A DNA stretch of 64,000 nucleotides, taken from Candidatus Bathyarchaeota archaeon. Its GTDB lineage: Archaea > Thermoproteota > Bathyarchaeia > Bathyarchaeales > Bathycorpusculaceae. The notes under the pieces are model-generated. The model was given only the letters and a program-made list of their open reading frames with translations. It made no database searches and was not told the origin of the DNA. The translations under genes and the position numbers were made by a program. Positions 19,049 to 27,714 of the stretch are shown in pieces (position 1 is the stretch's first letter; each line of letters begins with the position of its first letter). Where the stretch lies: NCBI GenBank assembly GCA_963707955.1, contig OY970176.1, positions 2,176,001 through 2,240,000 on the forward strand. The letters are read 5' to 3'.

Positions 19049-19678
19049 CTATGCAGACGCGTTTTGTGGAGAAAGAGCGTTATCTACTGCCATTCTGAGA
19101 AAGTATTTGTGAATTCTGAGATCGTCACTTAGCTCGGGATGAAAAGTCAAGGCCAATATATTTCCTTTTTTTGCTCCTATTATCATACCTTTATATTCAG
19201 TCCACGCTCTGGTGTCGTTCCAAACCCTTTCTATCGTCGGTGAACGGATAAACACTGCCCTGAAAAGTTTGTCTCCAATCTCAGGTATCTTTACATCCGC
19301 CTCGAAGGAATCTACTTGTCTGCCATAAGCATTTCTAAGGACTTTCATTTCTAACAAGCCCAGCAATTGTGTATTGGTCTGTTTGACTTGTTCATCGCCT
19401 TCCTTCGCCAACAGAATCGTGCCAGCACAAGTTCCAAGGACTGGTAGCCCTTTTTTTGCGAGTTCAACAATTCTTTCGTGCATTCCTGTGGTCAGCATGA
19501 GTCTGCTTATTGTGGTTGATTCACCGCCAGGTATAACAATGCCTGAAACATTATTTAGATCTCTCAAGTTTCTTGCGTACGCAACAGTACCATTGATTTT
19601 TGAATCTACCATCGCTTTTCTTAAAACTTCAACATGTTCAGAAACAGCGCCTTGTACAGCTACAACTCCAATCTTCAA
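19049..19678 (-). CDS. pdxT: Pyridoxal 5'-phosphate synthase glutaminase subunit
   Basis: [29 protein letters not shown]. Confidence 0.97.
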   Translation of the reverse strand: MKIGVVAVQGAVSEHVEVLRKAMVDSKINGTVAYARNLRDLNNVSGIVIPGGESTTISRLMLTTGMHERIVELAKKGLPVLGTCAGTILLAKEGDEQVKQTNTQLLGLLEMKVLRNAYGRQVDSFEADVKIPEIGDKLFRAVFIRSPTIERVWNDTRAWTEYKGMIIGAKKGNILALTFHPELSDDLRIHKYFLRMAVDNALSPQNASA

Positions 19679-20582
19679 CTGGTTCCCCGTGTTTGCATCT
19701 TCTGTTTTTCATCCATTCTTGAAGTGTCGATACCTTCCATCGGTTCACCTAAACCTTCAGAAACTCTTGCCAGAGTCTTCGGATCGTCATAATGCATCGT
19801 AGCTTCAACTATTGCCTTCGCATATCCTCTTGGATTCTTGGATTTGAACACTCCTGAACCGACAAATATGCCATCTGCCCCTAGCTGCATCATGAGAGCA
19901 GCATCAGACGGTGTTGAAATGCCTCCTGCAGCGAAATTCACTACAGGCAACCTTCCTAAATCCCTCGTCTCTATAACCGATTTCACCGGCACACGATACT
20001 CTTCTGCTTTTTCCTTCAATTGTGATTCTGACATCTTTCTCAGCTCAACTATCTCTCGATTCACAAGTTTCATGTGCCTCACAGCTTCAACGACATTTCC
20101 AGTCCCGGGTTCACCTTTGGTCCTTATCATCGCCGCGCCCTCGTCTATTCTTCTCAAGTTTCACCCAAGTTTCTTGCTCCGCAAACAAACGGAATTGTAA
20201 ACTTATTCTTGTCGATATGATCTTCTTCATCTGCAGGAGTTAACACTTCGCTCTCGTCAGCCATGTCCACTCCTAAAGCTTCGAGTACTTGTGCTTCTGC
20301 AAAATGGCCTATCCTACACTTGGCCATAACAGGAATCGTAACAGCTTTTATTATTTCTTTGATTTTTTGCGGGTCGGCCATCCTTGCCACTCCGCCTTTG
20401 GCCCTTATGTCTGCCGGCACTGCCTCCAAAGCCATAACAGAGACAGCTCCAGCATCTTCGGCAATCTTTGCCTGCTCTCCGTTTACGACGTCCATTATCA
20501 CTCCACCCTTGCACATCTTGGCGAATCCTCTCTTCAACCTATCAGTTCCTTTCTCTTCAATGATCTCCTTAGTTACTCTCAT
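19675..20582 (-). CDS. pdxS: Pyridoxal 5'-phosphate synthase lyase subunit (one base missing near 20158)
   Basis: [22 protein letters not shown] / [24 protein letters not shown]; the two ORFs are contiguous halves, span 908 nt = 3n-1. Confidence 0.93.
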
Positions 20583-20881
20583 ATCATCACGGCAAACAGG
20601 ATAACGAACACAACGAATGGGCAGATTTAAGTTTTTTCTCTCGCGGCGTTCCTAACAGTGCTGTGATTTCCAATGAGACCTTGAAGTCTCTCTGGAACCC
20701 TCTTGTTCAAGAACCCGACGATCCTGCCTTCAGAATACTTTATGATTAGTGTTCTAAAGTCAACTGGCTTTCCTCCGCATACATGTATGGTTGTCCTCTG
20801 CAAATTTCAGTCTAGGCCTCGTAATGGGAAAACCTAAATGTGAGTGTAAAACTGATAGATAGAAGTCAAGAGTTGAAAGCT

Positions 20882-21259
20882 ATGAGCGAAGTGAAAGAAG
20901 ATCCGGTCAAGTTACATAAGGAAGCAGGGACGCTTTACGATGCTGGCAAGTATAAGGAAGCTGAAGAGATCTTCTTGAAGACCGCTGAGTTATATCATAA
21001 GGTGCAGAACTTTTTCGATTCGACGTCGATGATCTACAAGGCTGGCGAGTGTGCCTACGCGCTGAAGGAATATGAGAAAGCAGTTGAGCATTTCACGAAG
21101 TCTGCAGAGTTGTCCTTCCAGAAGGGGTTTGACCGGTTCGGAGTCAGCGCCCTAGAGTATGAGAGAGACAGTTACAAGGCTTTACGCAAGAATACAAAGG
21201 TCAAGGAGTTGGACAAGAAAATTCAAGAAGTGAAGAAGAAACTGGAGACTACATTCTAA
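20882..21259 (+). CDS. TPR-like helical repeat protein
   Basis: YDAGKYKEAEEIF, ALKEYEKAVEHF repeats. Confidence 0.75.
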   Translation: MSEVKEDPVKLHKEAGTLYDAGKYKEAEEIFLKTAELYHKVQNFFDSTSMIYKAGECAYALKEYEKAVEHFTKSAELSFQKGFDRFGVSALEYERDSYKALRKNTKVKELDKKIQEVKKKLETTF

Positions 21260-21369
21260 AAACCCCGCCGACATTACGCTGTTCTTCTTGGACTGAACAG
21301 GCCTGAAACAACGTTTATCTTTTTAAGCTGACAGATGAGAAGCTGAACATGTTTTAAGGGTCAACGACT

Positions 21370-23064
21370 ATGCCGAATCCTTTCAAGGCTCTTGCAGAAT
21401 TAGGGGAAAGGCTGGAAGCGACGACTAAACGTCTTTTGATGGTGGACCTTGCAGCAAGTTTCCTGATGAACGTAGAGTCTGATGAGACAGAACCCGCGGT
21501 TTCGATGATTCTCGGGAGGCCTTTCCCAAGATGGGATCAGCGAACTCTCGAAGTGAGCTGGGCTACTCTCAGCGAAATCATAAAGCGCATCACGGGCGTT
21601 GAATGGGACGTCTTCACAGAAGTCTTCAGCAAAACGGGCGACATCGGCGCGGCCACCAAGACGATTTTTGAAAACAGCAAAATTAGAAAACAAACCGCCC
21701 TTTTTCAGAAAGCCCTAACCATAACTGAAGTCAGGCGTAACCTGCAGACCATAGCAGAAACTTCTGGGTCAGGTTCCAGAGAGAGAAAAGAACGCCTGAT
21801 TGAAGCACTTCTGAGTCAAGCCTCGCCGGTTGAGGCCAAGTATCTGGTCAAGATCTTCATAGGCGAGATGCGCACCGGTTTTCACGAAGGGTTGATGGAA
21901 CAAGCAGTTTCTAAGGCCTTTCAAGTTCCACTGCGAGCCGTTCAAGAGGCAAGCATGATCACAGGCGACATCGGAGAGGTAGCGTCCATCGCCAAGAGTG
22001 AGGGTAAGACAGGCCTGTTCAAGATAGGCTTCAAGGTTTTCAGGCCAGTGGGCCCTATGCTGGCCCAGACGGCTGACAGCGTGGCGCAGGCGTTGGAAGA
22101 GCATGATGGCAAGACGGCGTTTGAGTACAAGTATGACGGTGCCAGAGTTCAAATCCACAAGTCAGGCGACGACATCAAGATTTTCAGCCGCAGACTAACA
22201 GACGTGACGGACAGCTTGCCAGAGATAGTGGACTTGGCTAGAAGGAACTTGAAGGCAGAGGAAGCTATCTTGGAGGGCGAGGTTGTGGCCGTCGACAGTC
22301 AGGGTTACCCAATTCCTTTCCAGCATCTGATGCGGAGGTTCAGAAGAGTTCATGGAATAGCGGGCGTGGCCGAAAGAATTCCTCTGAGGCTTTACCTTTT
22401 CGACGTATTGTATCTCAACGGGCAAAACCTGATTTCCACGTCATACGTCCAACGGAGGCGAGTACTTGCCGCAAACGCTGGCGGAATACCTATGACTTCG
22501 CAGCTGGTAACGAACGATGTTCAGGAGGCGGAGAAGTTCTTGAAACAGGCCATGGACGCGGGGCATGAAGGTTTGATGGCCAAGAGGCTTGACAGCCCGT
22601 ACACGCCTGGAATCCGCGGAAAACGTTGGCTGAAAATAAAGCCAATCCTCGAACCCTTAGACCTTGTTATAGTAGGGGCTGAGTATGGCTATGGACGCAG
22701 GCACGAGTGGCTCTCAGACTATTACTTGGCGGCGCTTGATGCTGACACTGGCAAATTTCTCATGGTGGGTAAGACCTTCAAGGGGTTGACAGACGCCGAA
22801 ATCATCGGAATGACAAAGCGTCTAAAAGAACTGACGATAAAGCGGTCACCCAGAAGGGTCAGTGTGGTTCCGAGAATAGTTGTTGAAGTCGCATACAACG
22901 AAATTCAGAGAAGCCCGAAATATGAATGCCATATGGCTCTGCGGTTCGCGAGGATCACGCGTATCAGAGAAGATAAAGCACCGGGGGAAGCGGACACGAT
23001 TCAACGGGTCAGGCAAATCTATGAGGGCCAGTTCGAGAAAAAAGGCAGATATACAAGCGATTGA
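21370..23064 (+). CDS. lig: ATP-dependent DNA ligase
   Basis: EYKYDGARVQIH, EGEVV, FDVL, EGLMAK, WLKIK, LRFARI. Confidence 0.98.
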   Translation: MPNPFKALAELGERLEATTKRLLMVDLAASFLMNVESDETEPAVSMILGRPFPRWDQRTLEVSWATLSEIIKRITGVEWDVFTEVFSKTGDIGAATKTIFENSKIRKQTALFQKALTITEVRRNLQTIAETSGSGSRERKERLIEALLSQASPVEAKYLVKIFIGEMRTGFHEGLMEQAVSKAFQVPLRAVQEASMITGDIGEVASIAKSEGKTGLFKIGFKVFRPVGPMLAQTADSVAQALEEHDGKTAFEYKYDGARVQIHKSGDDIKIFSRRLTDVTDSLPEIVDLARRNLKAEEAILEGEVVAVDSQGYPIPFQHLMRRFRRVHGIAGVAERIPLRLYLFDVLYLNGQNLISTSYVQRRRVLAANAGGIPMTSQLVTNDVQEAEKFLKQAMDAGHEGLMAKRLDSPYTPGIRGKRWLKIKPILEPLDLVIVGAEYGYGRRHEWLSDYYLAALDADTGKFLMVGKTFKGLTDAEIIGMTKRLKELTIKRSPRRVSVVPRIVVEVAYNEIQRSPKYECHMALRFARITRIREDKAPGEADTIQRVRQIYEGQFEKKGRYTSD

Positions 23065-23075
23065 CAGCAGAATAG

Positions 23076-24134
23076 ATGAGTGACGTGTGCATGCCTAGAA
23101 CGAGCAAGCTTCCCTCATTCGACGAGTACTACAGTCGTCAAACCGTGTTGAAGGAGCTCGGGAAAAAGGGGCAGAGAAAACTTGCCCAGTCAAAGGTAGC
23201 TGTCGTTGGACTAGGCGGCTTGGGAACAGTTTCATCACTTTATCTGGGGCTCGCGGGGGTTGGCCACCTGCGTCTGATAGACCAGGATACGGTTGAGTTG
23301 GCTAACTTGCACAGGCAGATCCTTTACGGCATGGAAGATCTGCATTATCCGAAGGCTGAGGTCTCGGCCAAAAGACTGCGCAAGATGAATCCGCTCGTGA
23401 AAGTCGAGCCTGTTTCAGAGAATCTGAACGTCAACAACGTTGAAAAGCTCTTAGCTGGCATGGACTGCGTCGTTGACGGCTTGGACAACATGCGCACACG
23501 TTACTTGGTCAACTGCGCATGCGCAAAGCTTGAGATTCCGTATGTGTTCGGGGCGGCCATAGGGATTGAAGGCAACCTTTCAGTCTTCGCCGTGCCTGAA
23601 ACACCATGCTTGGAGTGCGTCTTGCCAGATGTCAACGATGACAATTTGCAGACGTGCGACCTGAGAGGCGTACTCGGCGCCACGGCCGGCATAATTGGCA
23701 CGATGCAAGCTATGGAAGCGATAAAGGTGTTGACAGGCATAGGCTCGCCGCTTAAGGGTAAGCTGATGATCTGCGATTTCGCCGACATGTACTTTACTAC
23801 GATAGACATTTTCAGAAGAGACGGTTGCCCAGCGTGCCAGGGCAACGTCGGCATCCCAAAAAGGAAGGAAAAACTTGCCTGGCTATGTGGAAGAGACACG
23901 GCGAACATAAACCCTGAAGAACCGTTGAAGATGGGCCTCAGCGAAGCCTATCAGCTCATCAAGCAGCATTTTAAAGTGCGAATAAAGTCCAAACTTGCAA
24001 TAATATTCAATTACAGAACCTTTGAAATCACTTTGTTCAACGGGGGACGGATGTTAATAAAAAACGTCAAGAGTGAAAAGTCAGCCCTAGACGTTTACAG
24101 AGACGTAAGAAAGAAGCTCGATGAGGGCCGATAA
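23076..24134 (+). CDS. ThiF/MoeB family adenylyltransferase (E1-like)
   Basis: YSRQ, VGLGGLG, NLHRQ, PCLEC, CPAC. Confidence 0.93.
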   Translation: MSDVCMPRTSKLPSFDEYYSRQTVLKELGKKGQRKLAQSKVAVVGLGGLGTVSSLYLGLAGVGHLRLIDQDTVELANLHRQILYGMEDLHYPKAEVSAKRLRKMNPLVKVEPVSENLNVNNVEKLLAGMDCVVDGLDNMRTRYLVNCACAKLEIPYVFGAAIGIEGNLSVFAVPETPCLECVLPDVNDDNLQTCDLRGVLGATAGIIGTMQAMEAIKVLTGIGSPLKGKLMICDFADMYFTTIDIFRRDGCPACQGNVGIPKRKEKLAWLCGRDTANINPEEPLKMGLSEAYQLIKQHFKVRIKSKLAIIFNYRTFEITLFNGGRMLIKNVKSEKSALDVYRDVRKKLDEGR

Positions 24135-24168
24135 ACCTATTTATCCGAGTCTCAGCGATCTGTAGACT

Positions 24169-24241
24169 GCCGGGGTGGCCGAACGGTTCAGGCGGTTGCC
24201 TGCAGAGCAGCTACATATGGGTTCAACTCCCATCCCCGGCT
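24169..24241 (+). tRNA. tRNA-Cys (GCA), no intron, CCA not encoded
   Basis: Acceptor stem GCCGGGG/CCCCGGC, anticodon arm GTTGC-CTGCAGA-GCAGC, T-arm ATGGG-TTCAACT-CCCAT. Confidence 0.95.
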
Positions 24242-24415
24242 CTTAGATTTCGGTGGGATGAGAAGTCTTATCAGGTGGGCTGAGGAACCTACCCCTCCTC
24301 GGTTTCAACGTACCATGAATATTTGGATCCAAATATGCCCACATCAAAAAGAGCGCGACAACCTCATGACGCGCGCGCCTGAGTGCATGAATGGTTCAGC
24401 TTTTGTCGATCCAAT

Positions 24416-26353
24416 TTATGGGATGATACTGTACGCGCTCTTGGCCAGAGGCTTTGGCTTGCTCAGCAACAGCAAAGCGGAATTGATTACTACTGATATG
24501 CATCCGGCTTCTGCAAGAACAACGGCTAAGACTGGATTTAAGATGCCAAAAGCGGCTAAACTCAATGCGACTATGTTCCAGATAAACGCGTAAACTATGT
24601 TCCCCTTCATTCTGTTGAACGCCTTCCGACTCAGGCTAATCGCATATTCAACCTTTGTCAAGTCATCCCCAAGCAGAGCAACATCAGCCGTCTCGATTGC
24701 TACGTCGCTGCCAGCCGCACCCATCGCAAACCCAACATCCGAATTAGCCAACGCAGGAGCATCATTCACACCGTCACCAACCATCGCAACAACATTCCCT
24801 TTTTTCATTTCCCCAATGACCGCAACTTTCTGTTCAGGCAAAAGCTCAGCATGGTACTCATCAACCCCGATCTGCTCAGCGATAGATTTGGCAGTCCGCA
24901 TGTTATCGCCAGTTATCATAGCAGTTTTGACTCCTAAACGCTTAAGCCTCTGTATAGCTTCCAAAGAATTCTCTCTAACTGTGTCAGCCACAACAATGAC
25001 TCCAATGACATTTTTGTCAAGTGCTACAGGAATGGCTGTTTTACCCTCGCTTTCAACCCGATTCATCAACTGATTCGCTTCTTCTGAAATCTCCGTTTCC
25101 ATCATCTTTCTTCCAATTAGGATATGCTTGTTTCCGTAATGGGCGTCCACGCCATGTCCCGGAATGGTTTTGAAGTCTGTGGGGTCAGGAATCTTCATGC
25201 CCATCTCAGTTGCCTTAGCGATGATGGCTTTGGACAGGGGATGTTCTGAGAATTTCTCAGCGACTGCTGCATACTTGATTATGTCCGCTTCAGAGCAATT
25301 ACCGAAGATTTTTATCTCAACAACCTTAGGTTCGCCGATGGTTAACGTGCCAGTTTTGTCGAATGCGACCAGCTTAACGTCCTTCAGCTTTTCGATGTGT
25401 GTGCCGCCCTTGATTATTATGCCGTTCATGCTGGCATTACCGATAGTACCGGCAACTGCGACGGGAACAGCTATCGAAAGAGCGCAAGGACATGCGACTA
25501 AGAGAACAGTCACGGTTCTAGCCAGTGCCACATCAAAACCAAGTGCGAAATAACTGACGGCAAAGACAGAAGATGCCAAAACTGCCATGATTGGCAAGAA
25601 GTAAGTGGTAAACCTGTCTGCAACGTTCTGTATTGGTGCTTTTTTCTCTTGAGCTTCTTCGACTAGTTGGATGAGGTGAGCAAGCGTAGTGTCCTCAGCG
25701 ATTTTTTCAACTTTAATTTCTAATGCTCCATACTCATTGAGTGTACCCGCAAATGTGCGGTCCCCCACTGTCTTTTCCGCAGGGATTGATTCGCCAGTTA
25801 TGGTTGCTTGGTTAACTGTGCTGTGTCCAGAAATCACTGTTCCGTCAACGGGTATTTTGTCGCCTGGTTTGACCAAGACGATTTCGCCTAACTTGACCTC
25901 GTCTACGGGTACTTCAACTTCTGCGCCGTCTCGACGTATGCGAGCTGTGGTGGGGCTCATGTTTATGAGCTTCTCAAGCGCGCCTCTTGTTCTGTGGATG
26001 ATGTATCCTTCAAGTGTCATGCCTGCAAGTATTATGAACGCCACTATTGCTGATGCTGTAAGGTAACCAACTGCTTCTACTGTGCCAGTGGCTGATACTG
26101 AAGGTAGTACGAGACCAGCTACTACTGAAATGAAGATTGCAATTGTTGCAAACAATTGGGCAGTAACGTTCCCATGCCGAAGGGATCGAATGCCATGCAC
26201 ATAGATGCGATAGCCTAAGACAACGGCGATCAAAGTCAAAACAATGCTAATTTCATGCGCGTAAGTTACTTGAGTTCCAGAAATTAGGGCGCCTGCTAAA
26301 GCGAATAGCCCAAGTGAAGCGACCAGAATTACGCCTTGAACATATTCCCTCAT
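24416..26353 (-). CDS. Heavy-metal translocating P1B-type ATPase (no N-terminal metal-binding domain)
   Basis: TGES, ACPC, DKTGT, SEHP, GDGVND. Confidence 0.95.
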   Translation of the reverse strand: MREYVQGVILVASLGLFALAGALISGTQVTYAHEISIVLTLIAVVLGYRIYVHGIRSLRHGNVTAQLFATIAIFISVVAGLVLPSVSATGTVEAVGYLTASAIVAFIILAGMTLEGYIIHRTRGALEKLINMSPTTARIRRDGAEVEVPVDEVKLGEIVLVKPGDKIPVDGTVISGHSTVNQATITGESIPAEKTVGDRTFAGTLNEYGALEIKVEKIAEDTTLAHLIQLVEEAQEKKAPIQNVADRFTTYFLPIMAVLASSVFAVSYFALGFDVALARTVTVLLVACPCALSIAVPVAVAGTIGNASMNGIIIKGGTHIEKLKDVKLVAFDKTGTLTIGEPKVVEIKIFGNCSEADIIKYAAVAEKFSEHPLSKAIIAKATEMGMKIPDPTDFKTIPGHGVDAHYGNKHILIGRKMMETEISEEANQLMNRVESEGKTAIPVALDKNVIGVIVVADTVRENSLEAIQRLKRLGVKTAMITGDNMRTAKSIAEQIGVDEYHAELLPEQKVAVIGEMKKGNVVAMVGDGVNDAPALANSDVGFAMGAAGSDVAIETADVALLGDDLTKVEYAISLSRKAFNRMKGNIVYAFIWNIVALSLAAFGILNPVLAVVLAEAGCISVVINSALLLLSKPKPLAKSAYSIIP

Positions 26354-26640
26354 GGAATCCCTCTGGATTCAATCTCGACTTGGTAGCCTAGTCTTACCAA
26401 GCGCTCAGTAAATTTGGAGTAGCTGATTTTTCGTGAATCGTATTCTATTGTAACTTTGCCGGTTACTTCATCAACCTTGACTTTTGATACTCCATTCAAC
26501 CTTGAAAGTGCATGCCTCAGGTTTTCCGCTGCATAATCAGCTGCGCATGTTTTGCATCCAGTGCACTCCATTTTTTGAGTCTTTAGAACTATTTTTTCAA
26601 TGGCCATGTTCGGTATCTCCTTTTTTTCTTCATGAGGCAA
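26350..26640 (-). CDS. HMA-domain metal chaperone with CxxCxxC
   Basis: MECTGCKTC..LSRLNGV..KV..VTIEYD..LGY; ATGA overlap with the ATPase. Confidence 0.8.
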   Translation of the reverse strand: MPHEEKKEIPNMAIEKIVLKTQKMECTGCKTCAADYAAENLRHALSRLNGVSKVKVDEVTGKVTIEYDSRKISYSKFTERLVRLGYQVEIESRGIP

Positions 26641-26686
26641 TTGCGAGCCTATTCTTAATATTCGCTACCTGCAGTTAAGTGCTAGA

Positions 26687-26709
26687 ACATATTCAGATAT
26701 TTAAATCTG
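26687..26709. promoter_or_regulatory. Putative ArsR operator/TATA upstream of the HMA-ATPase operon
   Basis: ACATATTCAGATATTTAAATCTG (CAGAT..ATCTG dyad); a related ACATATTTAAAT lies at 27175-27186 between arsR and arsC. Confidence 0.4.
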
Positions 26710-26760
26710 TTGTTACGACTTTACCTTACTTTGCGAGAAACTAAAGGTTTCTTATGAACG

Positions 26761-27147
26761 TCAAAGAATGTTCAGTTTCCGCATGCCCTTGATAAGTTCG
26801 AGATTGGCTATGCTGTAAAAAACCCATTTGCCTTGTTTTCTATTCTTCACCAGTTCAGCATTTTCCAATATTCCCAGATGATGAGATGCTGTCGGCTGCG
26901 TAAGATTCAAAGCAGCCATGACCTCGCAAACGCACATTTCTCGAACCAACAATAACCCCAGAATCCTCAGCCTTGTCGAATCTGCAAGAGCTTTGAAGAC
27001 TTTGCTATTTCTCGAGGCGTTTTCTTTGCTCATGTTTTTGTTAGCTAGTTTCTCTAGTTCGGCAGCATATTCTGAAGCACTTTCACTGGAACAGATGCCT
27101 GACTCGGCTAGTCGTTGTAGTCTTCGCTCTGTTTTTGATGTTGGCAT
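26761..27147 (-). CDS. arsR: ArsR/SmtB family metalloregulator
   Basis: FKALADSTRLRIL..EMCVCE..SHHL..GKWVFYS. Confidence 0.9.
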   Translation of the reverse strand: MPTSKTERRLQRLAESGICSSESASEYAAELEKLANKNMSKENASRNSKVFKALADSTRLRILGLLLVREMCVCEVMAALNLTQPTASHHLGILENAELVKNRKQGKWVFYSIANLELIKGMRKLNIL

Positions 27148-27211
27148 GAGACTTCAATTGAGTGATGGCAAATAACATATTTAAATGCGTTGTTCTATGC
27201 TTCAATGAGAG

Positions 27212-27616
27212 ATGGATGAAGTGAAGAGAGTACTTTTCGTGTGTGTCGAAAACGCTGGCAGGAGCCAGATGGCAGAAACCTTTGCCAATCATTATGGAAA
27301 GGGAAAGGTCACAGCCTCAAGCGCAGGTATCAAGTTAGCCGACAAGGTGAATCCTGTAGTTGTTGAAGCCATGAAAGAGAAGGGCATAGACATCTCGATG
27401 AACCTGCCGAAACTGCTGACCCCCAAGATGTTGGAAGAAGCAGATCTGATCGTAACTATGGGCTGTGGCGCGGCAGACCTGTGTCCAGGTCCTTTTTTCA
27501 AAACAACTGTGGATTGGGGACTCGAAGATCCAAAGGACAAACCGATAGAGAAAGTTCGGGAAATCAGAGACGAAATAGAAAGAAAAGTAAGAACACTGCT
27601 TGACCAAAGCATCTGA
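27212..27616 (+). CDS. arsC: Arsenate reductase / LMW-PTP family
   Basis: CVENAGRSQMAE, MGC..CP, DWGLEDP..REIRDEI. Confidence 0.85.
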   Translation: MDEVKRVLFVCVENAGRSQMAETFANHYGKGKVTASSAGIKLADKVNPVVVEAMKEKGIDISMNLPKLLTPKMLEEADLIVTMGCGAADLCPGPFFKTTVDWGLEDPKDKPIEKVREIRDEIERKVRTLLDQSI

Positions 27617-27714
27617 TAGCGCGCGCATACTGACCTATCACTTTTTTATGAAGAAAAGATCTCTACTTTTGAATGGCATGATCTGGGAGTGAACGTCCGA
27701 CAGAAGGTTCAGAA

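Noticed and set aside
20154-20157. Selenocysteine or stop readthrough in pdxS
   Set aside because: The downstream half is in a different frame, so it is an indel, not an in-frame TGA
20627-20803. Possible 58-aa ORF upstream of pdxS on the minus strand
   Set aside because: No motif or RBS support; cannot be distinguished from chance
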